Numbered from the stretch's first letter, positions 1-8,705 are shown. The stretch: DNA of 21,610 nucleotides from an uncultured Deinococcales bacterium (GCA_964247135.1 CAXTTL010000061.1:1-21610); one strand, 5' to 3'. Notes: generated from the letters alone by a model not told the origin. Program-made: numbers and translations.

Positions 1-2067
1 GGCGGTTTCTTTTTTTCTGGCTTTTGGTTTTTTCTCGCCCTCGATCACCATTTCTTTGATTTGCGACAATGACATTTCGCCGCTTTTTAAGGCTTTGAGT
101 TTTTCTTTTTGCATCACGCCAAAGCGGTGCTCTTCGTCAATAATCAACAAGCCCAAATTCTTAAACTCGAGTTCTGGACTGAGCAGCCTGTGCGTGCCAA
201 CCACAATGTCCACCGTGCCACGTTTCAAACCCTTGTAAACCGCATCCACGTCTTTTGGGGTGGTAAACCTCGAGAGTCCAGACACAATCACGGGCGTACC
301 TTCAAAGCGTTTTCGCAATGTCTCGAGGTGCTGATCTGCCAAGAGCGTCGTGGGTACGAGCACGGCAACTTGCCGCCCGTGAGACACAATTCGGTGCGCG
401 GCGCGAACGGCGACCTCGGTTTTACCGAAACCCACATCGCCCGAAACCAACCTGTCCATCGGCAAGCTTTTCTCGAGGTCTTTGTAGGTGGATTTGATGG
501 CTTGCGCTTGGTCTTTGGTGAACTCGAACGGGAAGTTCTTCTCGAACGCCTCATCCCATTCGTTCGTAATGTCGGGATAACTCGAGCCTGGTGTGGCTTG
601 ACGCGCCGCGTATTGCACCAGCAACTTCTGCGCGAGTTCTTCGGCGTTTTGACGGGCTTTCTCTCGAGCCTTCTGCCATTCGTTCTTGCCCAGTGTACTT
701 AAACGCGGCGGGTCATCGGTTGTGCCAGGATGCCGACGCAACAGTGGTAATTGCTCGACTGGCAAGAAAATACGGGCATCCGATGCGTATTTGATCTGCA
801 AATAATCCCTGGTCACGCCCAGAATCTGTCGCGCCTCGAGTCCCATAAACTGCCCAATGCCGTGCTCTGGGTGAATCAAATAATCGCCCATTTGCAGCGC
901 GGTGGCATCGCTGACGGGTGGACCTCGGAGTTTTCGGGCGCGAAGCACGCTGCCGCCCTGAAAACCGTAGAGCAATTCTTCGGTGACGACGGCAACTTTG
1001 GCGATGTGGTCAATAAAACCGCCCTCGCTGCAGCCTTTGACAAACGAAATCCGACCTTTTTCGGCTTCCGCCCGCCATTCCCAACCCCTTGGAATATCAC
1101 CCAAAACGTGCTGCTCGAGGTACGCACCCGTGCGTTCGTGCTTTAAGAGGGCAACCAAGCGATATCCCGCCTCGAGCCAAGCGGCGGCATCGTCGCGGAA
1201 CATGCGAAGCCGAGCGCGGTAAAACGGCAGCGTCTCGAGGTCAGAGGGGCGTTCTGGTAGCTCGAGCGGCGTGCGACCAAAGGCAATAACCTCACGGGTT
1301 TTCAGGTGCGCCCAGAGTCGTTGGTATTTTTTGGGACTTAAATAACCTTCAAAAAACTCTGGCGAATCGAGGTACACCCGACCTTTTAAACGCTCGAGTC
1401 TGGTGCTGTCCCAGGCAACCTCGGGAATAAAATCGCCCAGCGGACCCAGCCCAAAGGATTTGACTTTCTCGCCGTCCACACGCACAAACTCGAGGTCATC
1501 ACCAAAAAATTCGGCACGAACGACTTGGGATTTGCCGTTCAAATTCAAACGAATCTCGAGCGTGTCACCCAAAACCTTAAAGAAACCCTCGGTCTTGGCT
1601 AAATCACTTGTCTCGAGGTTTTCTTCGCGCTCGTACCCCAAATTCTCGAGCTTATCGAGGAATTCGTCACGCGAAAAACGCATTCCAGGTGCAAGCTCGA
1701 GCCTGAAGGCATCGGGTTGAGATGGGAAATCCTCGAGCGCTGTTTCGATGTCCAACAGCACGTGCTTGTGCAAATCCGTCCACTCGGCTATCTCGGGATT
1801 TAAACTGACCCGAGCGCCAAACAGCGGCGCATCGACGTACAACTTCAAACGCTCAGGCGTGGAAATCAGCACCCCGCCAGCATCCGCTGCAAATAGGGCA
1901 AGTCGTGCCACCTGAGAGAGTCCAGCGTGTAAGCCAGGCTCGAGCGGGGCTAAGTTTTCAGTGACCAGAGGCGCACGGGTTCCACTGCGGGTAGAAGCCT
2001 TCTCGGAAAGAGGTTTCTCACGCACAGCGACACCCGGCGACCCGACCTTCGGGGCAGTTCGCCGCAT
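1..2067 (-). CDS. mfd: Transcription-repair coupling factor Mfd (5' part; runs off the left edge)
   Basis: Read manually because it is absent from the ORF track. Frame contains [12 protein letters not shown] (helicase motif I) and [10 protein letters not shown] (motif II), and an N-terminus [27 protein letters not shown] resembling Deinococcus Mfd. ATG at 2067 lies 7 nt after TAGAAT; alternative ATG at 2076. Confidence 0.95.
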   Translation of the reverse strand, partial: MRRTAPKVGSPGVAVREKPLSEKASTRSGTRAPLVTENLAPLEPGLHAGLSQVARLALFAADAGGVLISTPERLKLYVDAPLFGARVSLNPEIAEWTDLHKHVLLDIETALEDFPSQPDAFRLELAPGMRFSRDEFLDKLENLGYEREENLETSDLAKTEGFFKVLGDTLEIRLNLNGKSQVVRAEFFGDDLEFVRVDGEKVKSFGLGPLGDFIPEVAWDSTRLERLKGRVYLDSPEFFEGYLSPKKYQRLWAHLKTREVIAFGRTPLELPERPSDLETLPFYRARLRMFRDDAAAWLEAGYRLVALLKHERTGAYLEQHVLGDIPRGWEWRAEAEKGRISFVKGCSEGGFIDHIAKVAVVTEELLYGFQGGSVLRARKLRGPPVSDATALQMGDYLIHPEHGIGQFMGLEARQILGVTRDYLQIKYASDARIFLPVEQLPLLRRHPGTTDDPPRLSTLGKNEWQKAREKARQNAEELAQKLLVQYAARQATPGSSYPDITNEWDEAFEKNFPFEFTKDQAQAIKSTYKDLEKSLPMDRLVSGDVGFGKTEVAVRAAHRIVSHGRQVAVLVPTTLLADQHLETLRKRFEGTPVIVSGLSRFTTPKDVDAVYKGLKRGTVDIVVGTHRLLSPELEFKNLGLLIIDEEHRFGVMQKEKLKALKSGEMSLSQIKEMVIEGEKKPKARKKETA

Positions 2068-2129
2068 CGGAATCATTCTAACCTAAGTTGCTCGAGAATC
2101 AAGGGGTATTTTCACACGGAAATTTGGAA

Positions 2130-2399
2130 TCAGAGCATGTCTAAAATTCGGTCATACTCGCCGTGTGTTCCAATCCACCACCACGTTATTAAATTGTCCT
2201 CGAATAACCCGAGTGCGCGGTAATGCAATCCAACTCGAACAGAATACGTTGCGCTGTTTTCATCCACGCATTTAAAATGCGAACCTGGATGACGCGGGTT
2301 TTGAACAAACAACTGATACGAGGCTCGAGCTTGCTGCCGAACCTGAACAGGCAAATCTTGGTATAACTTCCAGAATTCTTTGGTTGTGTCCGAATTCAT
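2130..2399 (-). CDS. RelE/ParE-like type II toxin
   Basis: 89 aa with FWKLYQDLP..ARASYQLF..NPRHPGSHFK..YSVRVGLHYRALG..WWWIGTHGEYD, typical of this toxin family; ATGA overlap with the upstream gene's stop at 2396-2399. Confidence 0.8.
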   Translation of the reverse strand: MNSDTTKEFWKLYQDLPVQVRQQARASYQLFVQNPRHPGSHFKCVDENSATYSVRVGLHYRALGLFEDNLITWWWIGTHGEYDRILDML

Positions 2400-2611
2400 T
2401 CGCACTCTATGGCTTGTGTTTGACCAGCACGACGTTCAGCTCGAACTTTTTCTGCCATCGTTTGCAAGAAATCCTTTGATTCAGGACGAGCGAACGAAGC
2501 CTGCCATTTGGCTTCCTCGATTTCCTCGAGTAGCCGCATTGCAATTTCGTTCTGCTGCGCTTCAGGCAGATCATTTAATGACTCGAGCGCTTGTTGTAAG
2601 ACTTGCGTCAT
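2396..2611 (-). CDS. Putative antitoxin
   Basis: 71-aa helical acidic protein MTQVLQQALESLNDLPEAQQNEIA..EEAKWQASFA, translationally coupled to the toxin; TG-n-TACGCT extended -10 lies 6 nt before the ATG. Confidence 0.75.
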   Translation of the reverse strand: MTQVLQQALESLNDLPEAQQNEIAMRLLEEIEEAKWQASFARPESKDFLQTMAEKVRAERRAGQTQAIECE

Positions 2612-2712
2612 GCAAAAAGCGTAGCACAAGACGCTCGAGAATCAAGCGTCAAGTGTTACAGACTTGAGCGAGATGGATTTGAAGTTTGCTTTACAAGTGG
2701 CTCGAGGTGCGG

Positions 2713-2756
2713 TCTGCCCTCATCCCCAGCCCTTCTCCCAGCATGGGAGAAGGGAG
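2713..2756 (+). repeat. REP-like hairpin repeat, family A (left flank of DUF559 gene)
   Basis: TCTGCCCTCATCCCCAGCCCTTCTCCCAGCATGGGAGAAGGGAG, with internal stem CCCTTCTCCC/GGGAGAAGGG. Confidence 0.85.
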
Positions 2757-2790
2757 CTTGATTCGATTGTGGTTTGGGTAGAATATTTTT

Positions 2791-3153
2791 ATGGGACGTG
2801 GAATTTTGACGACGGTGGCACGAGTGAATCGGCGCAATGCCACACCAGCAGAGGAATATCTTTGGACGGCATTACGGGATAGAAAGTTGGATGGTTGGAA
2901 GTTCAAGCGACAAAAGGTGATTGGGAAGTTTGTTGCAGATTTTTATTGCCGTGAAGCAAAATTGATTGTCGAACTGGACGGCGCAATCCATGATGCTCGA
3001 GATGCCCAAATCGCAGATGCTTTACGCACCGAATTTTTGAAGGCAAGCGGTTATACGGTCATTCGATTTCGCAATGAAGAAGTTCTGAACAACGTACTCG
3101 AGGTTTTAAAAACCATCAAAACCAACCTTCCAAGCCCAACAAATAGCGCTTAA
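2791..3153 (+). CDS. DUF559 / Vsr-like PD-(D/E)XK endonuclease domain protein
   Basis: 120 aa with T.AE..LW..LR..L.G.KF.RQ..IG.F.ADFYC....L.VELDG..H and D..R..FL...GY.VIRF.NE; TAGAAT 6 nt before the ATG. Confidence 0.9.
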   Translation: MGRGILTTVARVNRRNATPAEEYLWTALRDRKLDGWKFKRQKVIGKFVADFYCREAKLIVELDGAIHDARDAQIADALRTEFLKASGYTVIRFRNEEVLNNVLEVLKTIKTNLPSPTNSA

Positions 3154-3156
3154 AGT

Positions 3157-3201
3157 CTCCCTTCTCCCGATGTTGGGAGAAGGGTCGGGGATGAGGGCAG
3201 A
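3157..3201 (-). repeat. REP-like hairpin repeat, family A (right flank, inverted relative to 2713-2756)
   Basis: Reverse complement TCTGCCCTCATCCCCGACCCTTCTCCCAACATCGGGAGAAGGGAG differs from the left copy by 3 substitutions and a 1-nt indel. Confidence 0.85.
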
Positions 3202-3417
3202 GTGGCATTTGCAGCTTTTCTTAAGAGACAAGTGCAAGGTGTTAGGTTGTCTCGAGTTTACCGATTTTGTTAAACTCGAGACAAAACTTCACAACGAATT
3301 TAGACCATACACTCGAGCTTTCGGCATCAACCCAAGTGCGTAAAGCATTTCCCTGGCATTCTGTGCTCGCTCGAGCATTTTTAAACTCAGGGTTTGCTCG
3401 AGGGTTACCGCCAGGCT

Positions 3418-4701
3418 TCAGTTGATCGGCTTACCGCCGATTTCAAACTTGTCCACCACGCTGGTCGAAACCTGGAAGTCGTAGTCAGGAATGTCGTCCT
3501 GCTCGGATACGACCTGACCTTTCACCAGCAGCTCGTGACCTCTGGTGCCCTCTTTGAGACTCAGGGCATTGGCTTTGAGTTTGGTGATCTCACCGCGAAC
3601 CAGACTCTCGCCTTCGCCTCCTTTGGTGCGGATGTCTTGATGGACAACAATGGAACCAAAGGGTTTGGACAGTTGGACGCCGATGCCTCCATCGCCGAAG
3701 GTCGTGATGCTCTGAAACTCGGCTTGCTGTAGTGACCCGTCATAAAGATTGAACCCGCGTGCACCAACCCCATGGGTTTCCAAAGGAGCTTGGACGGTCA
3801 GGGTCTCGAGGTCGCCAAAGTTCACGAAGCCAATCCCGCTGGGACCGTAGGATGTCACCTTGGCTTGGACCATCCAATCTTCAACCTTTCCCCAGTTGTC
3901 GAGCACCATGTCGTTGGGACCGTATGTTGTGACAGGTTCAGTATTGACCACCCGCTGAGCGTCTACTCCTGAGCCGATAAACACGGCGCCGGTGATGAGG
4001 TTGGAAATGCCCGGTGCAATACCGCCATCGGCATGAATTTCGCCAGTGGTCAGGCTTGTGAGTTCAATGCTGCCACCTTCCTCGGTTGGAGCCGGAGCTT
4101 TGCTGGGGTCGGTACCGGTCGGGATAAACCAGCCGCCGAACACGAACACGCCGCTACCACGCAAAGGTTGCTCCTTGCTGCCACCGGATAGATTCTCGAG
4201 ATCCACTGTCCAGCGGCTCGTTTTGTCCTGAGAGAAGTTGTACACGCTGATGCAGCCCAGCAGCACCTCCACTCCGAAGCCCGCCGGGCGGTGGGCAGCC
4301 ATCCGCGCGTCTGCCGCCTCCACATGAATGTCTTGTAAGTGGATGTGCCCTTGTCTGGACTGAGCGCCCTTCAGGTGAACACAGCCCACGGTGCGAAGCT
4401 TGCTGATCCGTAGTGTGCCGAGGTCAGCGACGTCGTCCGCAAGACCCAGCGCGATCTGAGCTTCGTCCGTAACGACTCGCAACCCAGAAACCTCATGGTC
4501 GGCGCTTAACATCAGTCCAGGCTGACCTGGCTTGAATTGTAGTTCAGCGTTTGGTCCTTCACCCCATAGTTGTGTACCAGGGGGCAGCTTGATGCTGGAC
4601 AGCCCAGTGATTCGGACTTCAACCACAATCCGGGTGGCTTTCTGATCAAGGGCAGTTTGCAGGCTAGCGGCGTCCTTCACGTGAACGGCAGTGTCTGTCA
4701 T
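3418..4701 (-). CDS. Hypothetical protein, Gly/Val-rich, possibly beta-helix-like
   Basis: 427-aa ORF with AGGAG RBS; recurring T.G....G motifs (TYGPN, SYGPSGIG, THGVGARG, TFGDGGIG); no catalytic motif recognised. Confidence 0.75.
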   Translation of the reverse strand: MTDTAVHVKDAASLQTALDQKATRIVVEVRITGLSSIKLPPGTQLWGEGPNAELQFKPGQPGLMLSADHEVSGLRVVTDEAQIALGLADDVADLGTLRISKLRTVGCVHLKGAQSRQGHIHLQDIHVEAADARMAAHRPAGFGVEVLLGCISVYNFSQDKTSRWTVDLENLSGGSKEQPLRGSGVFVFGGWFIPTGTDPSKAPAPTEEGGSIELTSLTTGEIHADGGIAPGISNLITGAVFIGSGVDAQRVVNTEPVTTYGPNDMVLDNWGKVEDWMVQAKVTSYGPSGIGFVNFGDLETLTVQAPLETHGVGARGFNLYDGSLQQAEFQSITTFGDGGIGVQLSKPFGSIVVHQDIRTKGGEGESLVRGEITKLKANALSLKEGTRGHELLVKGQVVSEQDDIPDYDFQVSTSVVDKFEIGGKPIN

Positions 4702-4902
4702 GGCAGTCTCCTGAACTGAGTAGAATGGTTATCGCGTGTTGAGGTCGACAACGGAGCATCAAAAACCTGAGCAGGAATCTGCAATTAGATTACCACCGAT
4801 CCACAATTTCTTTCAATATTTGAAGCGCTGAGTGCAGCGTTGGATTATTCTTCAATACTCTGGAAAATTTTCCTCACAACGTCAAGAATTCGCTGTCACT
4901 AA

Positions 4903-4926
4903 GGGCGCAGCAAGCAGCGCCCTTAC
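4903..4926 (-). repeat. GTAG-type REP, family B
   Basis: Minus strand GTAAGGGCGCTGCTTGCTGCGCCC, identical to 7813-7836 except at one base. Confidence 0.8.
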
Positions 4927-5063
4927 AACCCTGAAATACGTGACAGACGCGAATTAGCAAAAACATTCCGAACTGTTATTCTTTAAAGCTCAAACAATAA
5001 AGTTGACTGCCTAGACAGCACTCGCTTGGTACACCGTTGAGAACGTTTGTGGTTTTTTGGAGC

Positions 5064-5172
5064 GAAGCGGTTCTGCCCGAAGGTGCGTTTTAGAACCAAG
5101 AAGCGGTTCTGCCCGAAGCGACCCAGGCCCGTCAGCGATTCCGCCCGTTAGGTGCGTTTTAGAACCAAGAAG
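5064..5172 (-). repeat. Two tandem copies of a 36-nt mini-element, one carrying a 33-nt internal insertion
   Basis: GAAG boundaries at 5064, 5100 and 5169; minus-strand unit CTTC-TTGGTTCTAAAACGCACCTTCGGGCAGAACCG-CTTC; homologous to 15915-15954. Confidence 0.85.
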
Positions 5173-5195
5173 CGGTCCACACTGCGTTAGGTGTT

Positions 5196-5489
5196 TTACA
5201 GCACAACCTTTTCAAAATGCTCCACAATCGGAAACGGATCGTAAAAATGATGCAATAAAGAGCGCCATTCCTGGTATTCACTCGAGCCTCTAAACCCTAC
5301 CGTGTGATCCTCGAGCGTTTCCCATTTTACCAGCAGCACATATTTGTTGGCTTGCTCGAGGCATTTTTGCAGTTCAACCTCAATAAACCCGTTCATGCTC
5401 GAGATGATTTTGGAGGCTTGACGAAACGCGGTTTCAAATTCTGTCTCGAGGTTTGGTTTGATGTGCAGCATGGCAACTTCTAGAATCAT
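5196..5489 (-). CDS. Antibiotic biosynthesis monooxygenase (ABM) family protein
   Basis: 97 aa MILEVAML..FETAF..ASKII..GF..Y.LLVKWETLEDHTVGFRGS.EYQEW..LLHHFYDPFP.VEHF; start moved to the ATG at 5489. Confidence 0.9.
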   Translation of the reverse strand: MILEVAMLHIKPNLETEFETAFRQASKIISSMNGFIEVELQKCLEQANKYVLLVKWETLEDHTVGFRGSSEYQEWRSLLHHFYDPFPIVEHFEKVVL

Positions 5490-5505
5490 GGGGTTAGTAT
5501 AGGTT
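5490..5505. promoter_or_regulatory. Bidirectional overlapping -10 elements for two leaderless genes
   Basis: 16-nt gap GGGGTTAGTATAGGTT: TAGTAT-N5-ATG on + and TATACT-N6-ATG on -. Confidence 0.65.
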
Positions 5506-6264
5506 ATGAACATTGATTTGAACGCCGACGCTGGCGAATCGTTTGGGGCTTTTCGCATGGGGCGTGACGAGGAGTTGTTTGATTTCATCAGCACGGTCAA
5601 TGTGGCGTGCGGTTTTCATGCGGGTGATCCAATCACGATGCAAGCCACGCTCGAGCTTGCCAAGCAAAAGAATGTGGCGGTTGGGGCGCATCCTGGTTAT
5701 CAGGATTTGGTGGGTTTTGGACGCAGGATTCTCGAGGCAACACCTGAACAAGTCTATGCGGATACGGTCTATCAGGTGGCGGCGTTGGCGGGTTTTGCAA
5801 AATTGGCAGATATGAAATTAACGCATGTCAAAGCCCACGGTGCGTTGTCCACTCGAGCTTGGGTTCATGCGCCGACCGCCGAAGCGCTGGCTCGAGCGAC
5901 GAAAGATTTTGACCCGAATTTACCGTTGATGGTCTTGCCTGGGACGTTTCTCGAGTCTGAAGCGCAAAAGTTAAAAGTTCCGATGCTGATTGAGGCTTTC
6001 CCAGAACGGGCGTACATGCGCGATGGTCGGCTTGCGCCGCGTTCAATGGCAGGCTCGAGCATTCACGACCCGAAAGAGGCGGCGAGACGTGCGGTGCAAA
6101 TGGTTAAGGAGCATCGCGTCGAGGCGATTGACGGCGGTTGGTTTGAAATGCAGCCGCAAACCTTGTGCATTCATGGCGACAACCCGCACGCTCCCGAAAT
6201 TGCCAAAGAGGTTCGTGCGGCGCTCGAGGCTGAGGGCATCACCGTTTCACATTCGGGACTTTAA
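5506..6264 (+). CDS. pxpA: 5-oxoprolinase subunit A (LamB/YcsF)
   Basis: DLNADAGES, NVACGFHAGDP, GAHPGY.D..GFGRR, HVKAHGAL and TLCIHGD motifs. Confidence 0.95.
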   Translation: MNIDLNADAGESFGAFRMGRDEELFDFISTVNVACGFHAGDPITMQATLELAKQKNVAVGAHPGYQDLVGFGRRILEATPEQVYADTVYQVAALAGFAKLADMKLTHVKAHGALSTRAWVHAPTAEALARATKDFDPNLPLMVLPGTFLESEAQKLKVPMLIEAFPERAYMRDGRLAPRSMAGSSIHDPKEAARRAVQMVKEHRVEAIDGGWFEMQPQTLCIHGDNPHAPEIAKEVRAALEAEGITVSHSGL

Positions 6265-6266
6265 CC

Positions 6267-7805
6267 GTGCGGCAACTGACTGGTTTTTACGTTCCGTTCT
6301 CGAGCAGCCTTGACCTTGAATCAAACGCCAGAATGCACGCGTTGGCGGAACGACTGCGTACAAATTTACTCGAGGGCATCACGGATTTGTATCCTGGTTA
6401 CATCAACTTGTACGTCGAGTTTGACGCGAATCTGGTGGCTCGAGACACCGTGAAAGCTTGGGTCAAAAAACACGCACTCAATCTCGAGGCGAAGGCGGCA
6501 AGTGGGCGCGAGGTTGTGATTCCTGTTCGGTACGACGGTGAAGACCTCGAATTTGTGGCGCAACAAACAGGTTTGAGTGTCGCGCAAGTGATCGAAAAAC
6601 ACTCGAGCGTCACGTATCAGACCTACACGGTGGGGTTCACGCCTGGCTATCCGTTTTTGGGAAAACTTGATCCTGTACTGCACCTGCCGCGCCGTAAAAC
6701 CCCACGCAAAAAAGTGCCGGCGCACAGCGTCGCCATTGCGGTGGGGCAAACCGGAATTTACCCGCTTTCAACCCCTGGCGGTTGGCACACTCTGGGTTCA
6801 GCGTTGACCGCCGTTTACGATCCTCACCGTGAAAAACCGTTTTTGCTCGAGCCTGGCGATAACGTGCGGTTTGTGCCGAGCGAGGGTGAAACGCCGCCAG
6901 AAGCCAGCGTGCTCGAGATTCTGCCGCTCAAGCCCCAATTTCCAATTTTAAAAGTTGAAAAAGTTGGTGTGCTCGATTTGATTGTCGATCAGGGTCGCGC
7001 TTTGGCGGGTCATTACGGCATGGCGCGGTCAGGAGCGATGGACGAACGCAGCGCCAGCGCCGCGAATGCCTTGGTGGGCAACACAGCCAACGCTGCGGTG
7101 CTCGAGATGACCCTGAAAGGCGTGACGTTTCGCGTTTTGCAAGATGCGGTTTTGGGTTTTGCGGGTTTTGGAATGCGTCTGATGTTGAATTCTCAACCTG
7201 CACCGGCGTTCGAGAGTTTCGCGGTCAAAACTGGCGATCAACTTGAGTTTGTGCCCACGGCAACGGGGGTGCGTGGGTACTTGGCTGTTCCTGGCGGTTT
7301 TGAAAGCTCGAGTTTTATGGATTCCAAAAGCACCGATTTGGTTGGCAGAATCGGGCGGGCGCTTCAAGTAGGGGAGACGCTCGGCATGATGCGACCCTCA
7401 AGCAAAAACCGTGCGGGTTACAGCATTTCCCACTCGAGTTTGCCAGAAACGGTTATTGTGCGTTTGCAGGCTGGACCTCAAGCGACGCCCGAAGCACTTG
7501 CAGCCTTGTGCAGCGCCGAGTTCAAGGTCAGCAGCCCTGACCGCATGGGCGTCAGGCTCGAGGGGGTCAAAGTTCCAGGGGGCGAACTGACCAGCGAAGC
7601 CACGCCGATGGGCGGGGTGCAAATCACCATCGACGGCGACCCGATTTTGCTCTTAAATGACCGAGGACGGATTGGAGGTTACGCCAAACCCGCCGTGGTT
7701 GATCCTCGAGATTTGGGCTTGGTGGCGCAATTGCGACCAGGGCAGAAATTGCGGTTTAAACTGGTTGGTGGATCGAGTTCAGAACACTGGTTTTTGACGC
7801 TATAA
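6267..7805 (+). CDS. pxpBC: Fused 5-oxoprolinase subunits B and C (KipI-KipA type)
   Basis: N half: IPVRYDGEDL, GFTPGYPFLG, LPRRKTPR, GQTGIYP.STPGGW (PxpB). C half: D.GR..GAMD..AN.LVGN, GVRGYLAVPGG, DRMGVRL, GGYAK (PxpC). Confidence 0.92.
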   Translation: MRQLTGFYVPFSSSLDLESNARMHALAERLRTNLLEGITDLYPGYINLYVEFDANLVARDTVKAWVKKHALNLEAKAASGREVVIPVRYDGEDLEFVAQQTGLSVAQVIEKHSSVTYQTYTVGFTPGYPFLGKLDPVLHLPRRKTPRKKVPAHSVAIAVGQTGIYPLSTPGGWHTLGSALTAVYDPHREKPFLLEPGDNVRFVPSEGETPPEASVLEILPLKPQFPILKVEKVGVLDLIVDQGRALAGHYGMARSGAMDERSASAANALVGNTANAAVLEMTLKGVTFRVLQDAVLGFAGFGMRLMLNSQPAPAFESFAVKTGDQLEFVPTATGVRGYLAVPGGFESSSFMDSKSTDLVGRIGRALQVGETLGMMRPSSKNRAGYSISHSSLPETVIVRLQAGPQATPEALAALCSAEFKVSSPDRMGVRLEGVKVPGGELTSEATPMGGVQITIDGDPILLLNDRGRIGGYAKPAVVDPRDLGLVAQLRPGQKLRFKLVGGSSSEHWFLTL

Positions 7806-7812
7806 AAGAAAC

Positions 7813-7836
7813 GTAGGGGCGCTGCTTGCTGCGCCC
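7813..7836 (+). repeat. GTAG-type REP, family B
   Basis: GTAG-GGGCGCTGCTTGCTGCGCCC: tetranucleotide followed by an imperfect palindrome, intergenic. Confidence 0.8.
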
Positions 7837-7877
7837 TTTTGGCAACCATTCTCGAGTTTGAAACAAAAGGAGCAACT

Positions 7878-8687
7878 ATGGAACAACGTTTTAAAAACAA
7901 AGTCATTCTCATCACGGGCGCGGGCAACGGTATCGGTCGCGCCATTGCGAACCGCTACGCGCTCGAGGGTGGCAAGGTCGTGGTGAACGACATCAAACCA
8001 GAATTGGTTGATCTGGTGGTCAACGAAATCAAGGCGGCTGGCGGTACGGCGCTGGGTTTTGTCGGGGATGCCTCGAGCAAAACCGAAATTGACTCGATGT
8101 TTGACGCCACCGAAAAGCAGTTTGGGTATGTCGATGTGGTGGTCAACAACGCGGGTTTGACCAGCGATCAACGCCATTTTTTGAATGCCGACGAAGCCTG
8201 GTGGGACAAGTATTTGCGCATCAACCTGAAAAGCGCTTACCTCTGCGCCTTTCGAGCCGCAAACATCATGGTGCGGCGGCGCAAGGGCGTGATCGTGAAC
8301 GTCTCGAGCGGCGGGGGAACAAGGGCGCACCGTGGGTTTACGGCGTATGACGCGTCCAAGGGTGGCATCGAGGCGTTCACGCGTTCGCTGGCGCTCGATC
8401 TGGGTTTCTACGGTGTTCGGGTCAACTGCCTTGTGCCTGGGTTGATCAACACCTATGGCTTGGAAGGCGACGATCTGGCAGAACGCGAGAAGGTTGTGCC
8501 GTTGCGTCGTTACGGCACAGCCGAGGACATGGTTGGCGCGGCAACGTTTTTGGCGTCCGACGATGCGGCGTACATCACGGGGCAGTGCCTTGTGGTGGAT
8601 GGCGGTGTGCTGGCGCAGCAGCGCAGTGCCAACGTGGACACCTTTCCGCTCTCCAATTTTCCAGACATTGCCCATGACCTCGAGTAA
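7878..8687 (+). CDS. SDR family NAD(P)-dependent oxidoreductase (FabG-like)
   Basis: TGAGNGIG, NNAG, YDASK and ITGQ.L.VDGG motifs; AAGGAG RBS before the ATG at 7878. Confidence 0.93.
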   Translation: MEQRFKNKVILITGAGNGIGRAIANRYALEGGKVVVNDIKPELVDLVVNEIKAAGGTALGFVGDASSKTEIDSMFDATEKQFGYVDVVVNNAGLTSDQRHFLNADEAWWDKYLRINLKSAYLCAFRAANIMVRRRKGVIVNVSSGGGTRAHRGFTAYDASKGGIEAFTRSLALDLGFYGVRVNCLVPGLINTYGLEGDDLAEREKVVPLRRYGTAEDMVGAATFLASDDAAYITGQCLVVDGGVLAQQRSANVDTFPLSNFPDIAHDLE

Positions 8688-8705
8688 AACGTTTGGGGGT
8701 TAACC

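Noticed and set aside
1-100. Lys-rich stretch after Mfd motif II suggesting a frameshift
   Set aside because: The frame stays open to the window edge; more likely a lineage-specific loop insertion, which cannot be assessed further here.
56-1720. Plus-strand ORFs such as 109-702, 751-1146 and 1403-1720
   Set aside because: Antisense shadows of mfd.
2713-3201. Classical IS element with terminal inverted repeats
   Set aside because: The enclosed ORF has no DDE, HUH or recombinase motif, and no target-site duplication is visible.
5081-5176. CRISPR array (two 27-nt repeats containing GTTTTAGA, reminiscent of type II-A repeats)
   Set aside because: Only two copies, the apparent spacer is itself made of repeat parts, there are no cas genes, and the 36-nt mini-element explains it better.
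5057-5293. 78-aa ORF with repeated RCVLEPRSG
   Set aside because: It is a translation of the DNA repeat and overlaps the ABM gene antisense.
6267-7805. PxpB-PxpC fusion as a novelty
   Set aside because: KipI-KipA type fusions are already known, including in Thermus.
7800-8675. 291-aa minus-strand ORF (likewise 9702-10271, 16449-17147, 17511-18278)
   Set aside because: Antisense shadows of well-supported genes, with no recognisable motifs.
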